DNA of 64,000 bases from a plasmid. Position 1 is the stretch's first letter. Each line of letters begins with the position of its first letter. The translations under genes were made by a program, and so were the position numbers. Shown here one piece after another: positions 18,852 through 26,839 of the stretch. Under the pieces are notes generated by a model. The model was given only the letters and a program-made list of their open reading frames with translations. It made no database searches and had not been told where the DNA came from. The DNA lies in the sequence record NZ_CP118102.1. One strand, given 5' to 3'.

Positions 18852-20546
18852 ATGCCTGAAAGAAAATTTGCGTTTTTATCCGCAATAACTATATTTATTT
18901 TCCTATTAACAAATCTATTTATCTTCTATAACATAAGTAAAAAGACCTTTTTAAATCATATGTCAAGTGACACGATGGTCATTTCAGAATATATTTCTTC
19001 TGATATAGACAAATTTAGCAGCACTATTAAGATCTCCGATGCGCTATTATCGGATTCTTTACGAAATGCAGCTATAGCAATACGCAATAGTCTACCGATA
19101 AAGTATAAAGATGTTACAAATGATCAGTTGAAGGATTTAGCGAGTCGTTTAGAGGTCAGTGTGATTTCATTAATTGCACTAGTAAAGGGGGATTATACTG
19201 TTGTACTCTCTTCAGATGCATCCCGGATAGGTAAGAAGTTAAGTGATTGTGATACATGTGATACTGCGATGTCCGATCCCTATTGGTCTGTTAAGCCACC
19301 TGTGCAGTCTATTAATTCTGAGACTCATCATAAACATGGTTATTACTATGAAGGAGAAGCGGATTATATTATCAATCCTTATGTAGATAATGGATATTAT
19401 TTTTTAGTTAATCAAGAGATGGACGTAGATACATACGTAAATAACATTCTCCAAGACCATAAGGGGGAATTACTTGATATAACCGCGTTGTTTTGGATTG
19501 ATGTTATCGAACCTTCTGTAAATAGAGAGCTAACTATGACTTCCCCTCTTAGAGGAACTAATCCTACAGAGGAGGATATATTTTTAGGATCAAACTCATT
19601 TGCGAGTTCTAGGGATATAGATCACATGCAAAGAGCTGCATTAACGGGGGATTATACAACTTATGAAGACGTAATAAACGGCCAACGTGTCATAAAAACT
19701 TTCTACCCAGGTGTCGTTGATGGATATACGTTTATTATTAGCATCACAGGCAACATGGAAATATCGAATCCGGTATTGAACAGTCTTATTTCTAAGTACG
19801 GGATTCTTTTAACAAAAGTAACGATCATAAGTCTATTATTCGGGTGGGCTGTACTGAAGTTGTCTAAATATCCAGGTCGTTCTGTTACGAATGAGCATGA
19901 AAAAGCTGAGGGTAATATCGATCATTTGTGGGTCGAGGTGAAAGGTCAACGGCATGACTTAAACAATCATTTGGATACCCTGCATGGTCTTATTGAACTT
20001 GGATTTTATAATGAGGCAAAAGAATATATCAATGAGATAGTTGAAGAGACATCAACTATCAACGAGATAATTGATATTGGGCAGCCGGAAATTGCAGTGT
20101 TAATTCTATCTAAGATGTCTCAGGCAACTGCTAAGAATATCGATTTTCAGTTTGAAATTCTAAATAAAACTGAATCAAAATTAGTTCTTTTAGGAAGTAG
20201 GAAAATGGACGTAGTAAAAATCCTCGGAAACCTATTGGATAACGCATTTGAGGAGGTGATGAAGTTAAGTCCAGATCAAAGACTGGTTGTGCTTAATGGA
20301 GAAATACGTAACGATGTATTCCGATTTTTTATAAAAAACAAATTGAGCCAACACCTATCTCCTGCCATGATTAAGCAAATGTTCCTTCCAAGAAAGACTA
20401 CAAAAAACAGCACTGGAATTGGGCTAAGCATTGTTAATGAGAGGGTAAAACGTAACGAAGGAAGCATTATTTGTCAGCTTACGGAAGAAGGTTTTATCCA
20501 GTTTAATGTGTTGCTACCGACGGAACAGAGTAAACTAAGGGAATAG
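18852..20546 (+). CDS. Sensor histidine kinase, AgrC/ComD-like (HPK10-type) kinase core, with a 2-TM, roughly 280-aa extracytoplasmic sensor domain
   Basis: 'RHDLNNHLDTLHGLIELGFYNEA' H-box. 'LLDNAFEEV' and 'GIGLSIVNERV' ATPase boxes. Two predicted TM segments. Confidence 0.7.
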   Translation: MPERKFAFLSAITIFIFLLTNLFIFYNISKKTFLNHMSSDTMVISEYISSDIDKFSSTIKISDALLSDSLRNAAIAIRNSLPIKYKDVTNDQLKDLASRLEVSVISLIALVKGDYTVVLSSDASRIGKKLSDCDTCDTAMSDPYWSVKPPVQSINSETHHKHGYYYEGEADYIINPYVDNGYYFLVNQEMDVDTYVNNILQDHKGELLDITALFWIDVIEPSVNRELTMTSPLRGTNPTEEDIFLGSNSFASSRDIDHMQRAALTGDYTTYEDVINGQRVIKTFYPGVVDGYTFIISITGNMEISNPVLNSLISKYGILLTKVTIISLLFGWAVLKLSKYPGRSVTNEHEKAEGNIDHLWVEVKGQRHDLNNHLDTLHGLIELGFYNEAKEYINEIVEETSTINEIIDIGQPEIAVLILSKMSQATAKNIDFQFEILNKTESKLVLLGSRKMDVVKILGNLLDNAFEEVMKLSPDQRLVVLNGEIRNDVFRFFIKNKLSQHLSPAMIKQMFLPRKTTKNSTGIGLSIVNERVKRNEGSIICQLTEEGFIQFNVLLPTEQSKLRE

Positions 20547-20562
20547 AGTAAGAGGTGCAAAA

Positions 20563-21366
20563 ATGGAAACAAATTTTACAATTATTATAGCTGAAGATGG
20601 AGTTGTCCAACGAGGAAAATTAAAATTATATGTCGAGAAGATGGGACATACCGTCGTAGACATGGTAAGTTCGGGTTCACGTTTGATTGAAAGCTGCGCA
20701 ATATACCGACCGGACATTGTTCTCCTTGATATCGGACTCGAGAAGCTGGATGGATTATCCGCATTTCGTATACTTCGAGAAAGCGGGAATAACTCAAAAA
20801 TGATCTTTGTGACGGGTTCTGGGAATCCTACACATCTTTTAGCGAGCTATGATTTGGATAGCATTGATTACATCCTGAAACCCGTAACCTTTGAACGCCT
20901 AAAAAAGGCGATAGATAAAGCTGTTATACAGTTGAGTGCAGAGAACATCTTAAGTACAAGACAGAATGAGGATGTAAACATGATCACTGTTATGTCTAAC
21001 AGACGTGATCTACTAGTAAACGAGAAAAAGATACTTTTCGTCGAGAAGATTAACGATACAAAATGGATAAAGATTCATCTCAAAGATGGAGAAATCATTG
21101 AAACAAGAACACCTTTAAAAAAAATATTGGATCAGACATCGAGGATTATTTTTTGTCCACATCGGAGTTTTCTCGTAAACATGTTGTGTGTGGAGGAGGT
21201 AAGGGCAGATCCAGTCACTAAAGGAAACTATCTGATCTCATTGCAGAATTCTGTTGCCGTTATCTTACTTTCTAGAAACCACTATGAAGAATTCTTACAA
21301 CGACAATCTGAACTGAAGAATAGGATGAACATTGATGGCTGGTTAAGCTTGCAGGGAACCAATTGA
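20563..21366 (+). CDS. LytTR-family response regulator
   Basis: Receiver domain (IIIAEDG...LLDIGLEKLDG). C-terminal LytTR DNA-binding domain (IHLKDGEIIETR...FCPHRSFLVN). Confidence 0.8.
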   Translation: METNFTIIIAEDGVVQRGKLKLYVEKMGHTVVDMVSSGSRLIESCAIYRPDIVLLDIGLEKLDGLSAFRILRESGNNSKMIFVTGSGNPTHLLASYDLDSIDYILKPVTFERLKKAIDKAVIQLSAENILSTRQNEDVNMITVMSNRRDLLVNEKKILFVEKINDTKWIKIHLKDGEIIETRTPLKKILDQTSRIIFCPHRSFLVNMLCVEEVRADPVTKGNYLISLQNSVAVILLSRNHYEEFLQRQSELKNRMNIDGWLSLQGTN

Positions 21367-21373
21367 ATTAATA

Positions 21374-21405
21374 TAATGATGGTATTACGATTTACCATTA
21401 TTTTT
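21374..21405 (+). terminator. Probable Rho-independent terminator
   Basis: aatgatggta...accattatt imperfect hairpin followed by a T-run. Confidence 0.4.
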
Positions 21406-21458
21406 CATCACCGCTATCATTTCGGTAGGTGAGCGAGTAACCCAATTTAGGGAACATA

Positions 21459-21540
21459 AATATGAGGCATGAATTGCCGTGGAGAACAAAGACACGCCAG
21501 AGGTGTGTTTTTTTGTTTCTTCACGGCTTTTTTTGTGCTT
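21459..21540 (+). promoter_or_regulatory. Conserved structured leader element, copy A: outer stem GCCGTG/CACGGC enclosing an intrinsic-terminator-like hairpin plus U7, then TTTTTGTGC
   Basis: Shares 'AATATGAGGC', GTGTGT-T7-G and 'CACGGCT-TTTTTGTGC' with the element at 43847-43930. The outer stem shows compensatory changes between the two copies. Confidence 0.5.
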
Positions 21541-21562
21541 AAAAACTGGGAGGAATTTAGAA

Positions 21563-22729
21563 ATGGCAAAAGCAGTGGAAGAACGTGTTACTACGGCAGT
21601 TAAGGCAGAGGGAGTATCGTTTACCGTTGATCATGAAGCGATTATGAACGTATTAACGACTTGTTCTAAGGTAGTGCCGAGAAGCAGCGTTGTTCCAATA
21701 CTGAAATGTATTAAGTTTGATTTAAACAAAGATGTTCTTTTCGTTACGGCAATGTCCGATTCCCAATCGGTTATTGTGAAACTGCAGGTAGAGAATACAG
21801 GAAATCAGGATGGGAGCTATCTATTTCCTTCAAGAGAAGGAATAGAACTTGTAAAACGTTTGCCAAGCGGTTCGCTATCGTTCAGTGTAAATGAGGCCTC
21901 TGTACGTATCTCGTACGGGAACAATGGTTCTGCATCGCTTAAGGTCTTGGATCCGGACGAGTATCCTCAGCTGCCGTCAGTGGCCGGAGTAAAGTTTGTG
22001 CCGGTTCCAATGGATGCCCTGCGAAAGGGTGCTGCAGCCCAGCGTTTTGCCTCAACTGATTCCAGTACTGCTATTCTCTGCGGTATTAATATCCGCAAAG
22101 TAGAGGATAAGCTTGGATTTACCGCGACGAATAGGCATCGGATATATGATTTCGTTTCTGACGTAAAGATACCAAATCCAGACGAGTTTCGTGGTGGAGT
22201 TATCGATGCTATAAATTTCAAAAGTATCGTAGATACTTTTAGAACCTCTGAAAGAATTGATTTTGCAGTGACGGATCATCATTTAATTTTAAGAGACCGT
22301 AGCAGCAATTCAGTGTACTTTGGTAGGCTAGTTGAGGGAAGTTATCCTGATATTGCGAAACTCTGTGAGATGCCTGAGCAGTCCTGTCTTGCAAGGATTC
22401 CGCTTGGGCGCCTCGACGAGACGTTGAACCGGATGTTATCGCTAGAATCCGAAAATCATCGTGTATATTTTTTACATGGAGATAACGGAGAGCTGGTTGT
22501 TAAATCGGAAAGCCACACAGGTGAGATTGTAGAGTCAATTGAAGGCTCCGTTGTAGATAAAAGTATGGGAATGATCAGGTTCAATGCTCGATATCTGAGG
22601 GATGCCCTTTCAGCCAGTGACCGGGATGTGAACGATGTTTTATTTAACATTACAGGTCAGAGTACTCCATCATATATTACGTATGATGGAGATCCATCGG
22701 TATTGAACGTTGTATTACCCGTGAGGTAA
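21563..22729 (+). CDS. dnaN-like: DnaN-like DNA polymerase III beta sliding-clamp homologue
   Basis: About 390 aa. N-terminal 'VSFTVDHEAIMNVLTTCSKVVPRSSVVPILKCIKFD' and 'LDPDEYPQLP' match the DnaN domain I-II pattern. RBS GGGAGG. Confidence 0.65.
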   Translation: MAKAVEERVTTAVKAEGVSFTVDHEAIMNVLTTCSKVVPRSSVVPILKCIKFDLNKDVLFVTAMSDSQSVIVKLQVENTGNQDGSYLFPSREGIELVKRLPSGSLSFSVNEASVRISYGNNGSASLKVLDPDEYPQLPSVAGVKFVPVPMDALRKGAAAQRFASTDSSTAILCGINIRKVEDKLGFTATNRHRIYDFVSDVKIPNPDEFRGGVIDAINFKSIVDTFRTSERIDFAVTDHHLILRDRSSNSVYFGRLVEGSYPDIAKLCEMPEQSCLARIPLGRLDETLNRMLSLESENHRVYFLHGDNGELVVKSESHTGEIVESIEGSVVDKSMGMIRFNARYLRDALSASDRDVNDVLFNITGQSTPSYITYDGDPSVLNVVLPVR

Positions 22730-22757
22730 TAAATATCAAGATAAAAGAGAGCTGCGC

Positions 22758-23840
22758 ATGCGCGGCTCTTCTAATTTCTATTGGGGGTTAATAAATATGT
22801 CCGATAACATGAAGCGCATGTTTGATCGAATTATTAGAAACAAAATTCGTATGGGTAACTTTGAGACAACTGATCGAGATATGGACTGCGTACGAAAACT
22901 ATTACAATTTCCTGATCGGCCGTTCTCAGCTGCGGATTTTTGTGCAGGAAGTGGCCGTGCAATGGAGATTCTTACACAAGGTTCAAAGGCTGTAACGTTT
23001 GGTGTGGAACCTAATGAAGAGAAGTACCTGGAGCTCCGAGAGCGCGTACACCAAGCATGTTTTGGAGGCTATGAACAGTGCCGTATCTCTAAGGACTACT
23101 TCAGGCTCATATACTTAAATCCTCCCTATGATGATGATTCGGAATCAGAGGAGAGCAAGCGAGAGCGTAAAGAAAAGGTGTTCCTTCGGCACATCATTCA
23201 GTACTTGGCGGTTGACGGAATACTTATCTATAACATTCCGAGGCGACGTATGACTAAGGATATTGTCAATTTGCTAGTCACTAATCTGGATGAGATTAAT
23301 GTTTATCAATCTCATGACGATACATACGGTCAAGTATATGTTTTCGGTCGTAAACGATCTGTAAAGTTCATTGATCGACCGGAAGTACAAAGAATACTTG
23401 GATTAGTTGCTGAAGGAATTGTACTTAGTCGGTTACCTGAAGCAATAGATCCTATTTATAAAGTGCCGGCAGGGAACGTCACTCCAAAATACTTCAGATC
23501 GATAATCATGGACGTAGACCAGCTCAGGGTCGTTTCTTGCCATTCATCTTTGTCACGAAGAGGCATGGAATGGACGACACCTAAAGCACCTGCTTTGAAG
23601 CTGCAGCCGCTCCTTCCGGATAAAGAAATGCATAGGGTCCTAAGAATGGCCTCAGGCCGATTAAACGGAAAAGTTGGCAGCGGAGAACTTCTTCACGTTC
23701 TAAAAGGCATTGTGAAGAAGGATGCTACTACGGAAATTGAAAAAGTCGGGGATGAGACCATAGAGACGACAAGGGAAACCTTTAAGATTACCTTTCGTAT
23801 CGTGGACCGGTTTGGAAATATTCGAACGGTTCAGAGCTAA
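22758..23840 (+). CDS. N6-adenine DNA methyltransferase (motif I FCAGSG before motif IV NPPY), apparently an orphan
   Basis: FxGxG and NPPY motifs read directly. The C-terminal roughly 230 aa could be a target-recognition domain. No restriction-endonuclease partner recognised. Alternative start at 22797. Confidence 0.6.
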   Translation: MRGSSNFYWGLINMSDNMKRMFDRIIRNKIRMGNFETTDRDMDCVRKLLQFPDRPFSAADFCAGSGRAMEILTQGSKAVTFGVEPNEEKYLELRERVHQACFGGYEQCRISKDYFRLIYLNPPYDDDSESEESKRERKEKVFLRHIIQYLAVDGILIYNIPRRRMTKDIVNLLVTNLDEINVYQSHDDTYGQVYVFGRKRSVKFIDRPEVQRILGLVAEGIVLSRLPEAIDPIYKVPAGNVTPKYFRSIIMDVDQLRVVSCHSSLSRRGMEWTTPKAPALKLQPLLPDKEMHRVLRMASGRLNGKVGSGELLHVLKGIVKKDATTEIEKVGDETIETTRETFKITFRIVDRFGNIRTVQS

Positions 23841-23874
23841 CATCTTAGAAAGCAAATGAGGGGGAATAGAGACC

Positions 23875-24516
23875 ATGAAATTTATGGAGTTTACTCATAA
23901 GGACATATATGTGAAGGTTCATTGCTCACTATTAGTGACAAAGTATGATTCAACTACTAAAAATAATTATCTCATTTATACGAATGTTATAGATATTGAT
24001 TCGCGTGTGCAGGCAGTTTTTGCTCAATTTCATCATGCCAAGAAAGCAGAAGATGTAACTTTTCGTTTCTATCATGCACCGCGTATTGGAGAGAAAGGGT
24101 ATGATCGATCCTCTTTTTATATTAAACCCTATGGAAAATACAAGCATCTCTCACAGCGCGAAGATGAGACGCTGGTTACCGGAATTGTTGCCAGTGAAAG
24201 AGTTTTATCGCGCCAGGACCAAGGTTATTGTATTTTTGCATGGGATGGCAATATACACGAAAGACTTTTCTGGGCAATCGATGCTTACTATGAGACGCCA
24301 ATGCTAGAAGAGTGGATCCCTTACTTATATCTTCGGCTATTCCAGGATGGTTATCTCGTTCAACTTGATGTATATGATTACACGGGAGACTATCAAAACC
24401 TGGTTGCTTTTGAGCTGCTCGCTGGAGAGGAAATATTGGATGAGTATATATCTTATGGACTCAGAACAGGGGCAATTCAACTGGTTGAGGATATAAATGG
24501 GGAGGCCGTTTCATGA
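23875..24516 (+). CDS. Hypothetical protein, translationally coupled to the downstream helicase
   Basis: RBS GAGGGGG. Stop overlaps the helicase start (ATGA). Confidence 0.4.
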   Translation: MKFMEFTHKDIYVKVHCSLLVTKYDSTTKNNYLIYTNVIDIDSRVQAVFAQFHHAKKAEDVTFRFYHAPRIGEKGYDRSSFYIKPYGKYKHLSQREDETLVTGIVASERVLSRQDQGYCIFAWDGNIHERLFWAIDAYYETPMLEEWIPYLYLRLFQDGYLVQLDVYDYTGDYQNLVAFELLAGEEILDEYISYGLRTGAIQLVEDINGEAVS

Positions 24517-26777
24517 GTGAATCTTCAGAAATAAGCAATGTGGTGATTGAGGCAATTGACCCTGCTCTGGAAGAGAAAAAGGTTTCCTCTCTTTCCGATG
24601 TGGAATCTATTGGGGATTATTTAGGGTTATTTGGAGCAGACCTGATTAGACGTCTTAACGATGAATATGTACCAGTTCATCATCCAGGTCAAAATAAACC
24701 ACTCCAGTTGTTAGAGAACCTTAAGCGTCCATTATTTCAAGCACAAGCTCACGTCGTAACTGCATTAATTAAGGGGTTTCAGCGTCATCGTAATCTCTTA
24801 GTTATTGGTGAGCCTGGAACAGGGAAAACATCCGTCTCTATCTCAGTTTTTTATTCCCTAATCACAGAATTACTCCAGAAAAAATCTGGACGGGTTCTTT
24901 ATATGGTCCCAAATCATCTGATAAAGAAGACGAAGCGGGAATGGGGTATTCTGCTAGATAAGGATCTGTTTGAGGTTCACTTTCTATCAGACTATATTGA
25001 CGTTATCAAGCTCCGAGATAGCAGAAGATTGGAGACGAAACCTAAAAAAATTGAGGTTTACATCATTGCAAGGGATACTGCTAAACTAGGTTATATTTAC
25101 GAACCGGTTGCACATTGGTCGGACCGTACATATCAGCAGCAGTTTCAAAACAATGATGGGACAGTTCGAACTGTTGAAAAGGTTGCTTTTCGCGGATGGA
25201 GATGCCCCGATTGTGGTGGACAATTAATGAAAGAGAAAGAGGACAGTCTTGTACCGATGGAGTATGAGGACTTTTTTAATAAGCATGGAAAGCCTACGCG
25301 TAGAAAAACGAACTTGTACTGTTCTAATCAAGTACGCCTCTATAAAAATGTAGATCCCGACAAGGACGAGACCCGTATTTGTGGGTCAAGACTTTGGCAG
25401 GCGAAGAATTCGAAAAAATCATATATATCTGGTAAGCCGAAACCGGTTGCTGGGGTGGCGCCACGAAAAGTATCTCCTGCGGATTTGTTTAAGCGTTGGT
25501 TTAAAGGCAAATTTGACCTGGCCATCGGTGACGAATGCCATGAGTTAGCAGGAGGGAGCGCTCAAGCTCATGCTTTTCATGTATTTTTGAATTGTGCCAA
25601 ACGAGGGATCGCAATGACCGGAACTTTGTCCAATGGTTATGCTTCTTCCTTATTCGAATTGTTTTTCCGGATGTTTCCCTCTCGTCTGAAGCAGATGGGC
25701 TTTAATTGGGGAGACGTAGGAAAGTGGGTCGATTTGTACGGTGTACGGGAAAGGGTCACTAAAATACGTGATGACGGAGATTTGAACAGCTCTAGTAACG
25801 GGAAGTCGAAAAGGACAAGTGTTAAGGAGTTGCCGGCTGCCGCACCGCAGCTCTTCACGGACATACTCAGTGACGTTGCAGTTTTTATACAGATGGCTGA
25901 TATGTTCGAAGTCCTGCCGGAACTCAAAGAAGGACCGATGAGTGTTCCTCTTGAGGGTGAAAGAAGACTTATAAGCTGCAAAACCCAAATTGTTCGACGA
26001 CCAGGTAGAAAGAGAAAGATTGAAAAGAAAATGAGGTTACTTGCGCCGGATTGGTATCTCAGAAAAAATCTGACTGAAGTCGAAAATCGTCTGCGAGAAG
26101 CTGTGCAAAAAGAGCTCGCTGCAGGTGGCCAGTCGGTACTTCTAGGGAGCCTTGTGAATACACTTTTGAGTTATTCAGATGTCCCTTTCAATTTCGAAGG
26201 TGTCCTTCATCCGGATACAGGAGAATGCATAGTGTCGGATAGTTACCGGCTTAGTGAGCGCCTATTATATCCTAAGGAGCTTCAGATGATCAAGTTTGTC
26301 CGATCGCAGCTAAAGCTCGGGCGAAGGGTAGGCATTTATGCGACTTATACGGGGAAAATGGGTACTCTGCAGCGACTCTCTCAGTTACTTGAAGAAAGAG
26401 GGATAAAGACAGCCCTACTTGGAACAGAGGTAAAGGGACCAGATCGAGAAGAGTGGATTGCCGAAAGGGTAAGGGAAGGTGCTCAGGTAATACTGACGAA
26501 TCCAATCCTGGTCAGCACTGGCCTTGATTTATTGATGTTTCCTTCACTTTATTTCTATCAGACTGGGCACCGTCTGAATATTGTGCGGCAGGCATCAAGA
26601 CGGCATTGGCGGATAGGTCAGCCGAATAAATGTCTTACTGTTTACAACTCATATCAGGGGACAATGCAGGAGCTGGCCATTAATCTTATGGCAGCCAAAA
26701 TGAGCGCTGCCCAAGCCTTAGAAGGGGTACCGCCAACAAAACGCGGAAAACGTACGCTAAGCCCATTAATTGAGTAA
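24513..26777 (+). CDS. SNF2-family helicase, 3' end interrupted by the transposon (last 17 codons are read from the transposon inverted repeat)
   Basis: GEPGTGKT (motif I), DECHE (motif II), MTGTLSNGYASSLFELF (SNF2 motif III), QASRRHWRIGQ (motif VI). Internal CxxC...C zinc ribbon. The native reading frame continues at 33881. Confidence 0.7.
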   Translation: MSESSEISNVVIEAIDPALEEKKVSSLSDVESIGDYLGLFGADLIRRLNDEYVPVHHPGQNKPLQLLENLKRPLFQAQAHVVTALIKGFQRHRNLLVIGEPGTGKTSVSISVFYSLITELLQKKSGRVLYMVPNHLIKKTKREWGILLDKDLFEVHFLSDYIDVIKLRDSRRLETKPKKIEVYIIARDTAKLGYIYEPVAHWSDRTYQQQFQNNDGTVRTVEKVAFRGWRCPDCGGQLMKEKEDSLVPMEYEDFFNKHGKPTRRKTNLYCSNQVRLYKNVDPDKDETRICGSRLWQAKNSKKSYISGKPKPVAGVAPRKVSPADLFKRWFKGKFDLAIGDECHELAGGSAQAHAFHVFLNCAKRGIAMTGTLSNGYASSLFELFFRMFPSRLKQMGFNWGDVGKWVDLYGVRERVTKIRDDGDLNSSSNGKSKRTSVKELPAAAPQLFTDILSDVAVFIQMADMFEVLPELKEGPMSVPLEGERRLISCKTQIVRRPGRKRKIEKKMRLLAPDWYLRKNLTEVENRLREAVQKELAAGGQSVLLGSLVNTLLSYSDVPFNFEGVLHPDTGECIVSDSYRLSERLLYPKELQMIKFVRSQLKLGRRVGIYATYTGKMGTLQRLSQLLEERGIKTALLGTEVKGPDREEWIAERVREGAQVILTNPILVSTGLDLLMFPSLYFYQTGHRLNIVRQASRRHWRIGQPNKCLTVYNSYQGTMQELAINLMAAKMSAAQALEGVPPTKRGKRTLSPLIE
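26724..26761. repeat. Tn3-family terminal inverted repeat, left copy (GGGGTACCGCCAACAAAACGCGGAAAACGTACGCTAAG)
   Basis: Perfect 38-bp reverse complement of 33838-33875. Flanked by TAGAA. Confidence 0.9.
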
Positions 26778-26839
26778 TAAGCCGGTTTTCCCCGTACGCT
26801 AAAGGGGTACCGGCTCCGAAATTCGCAACGTGTTAATTG

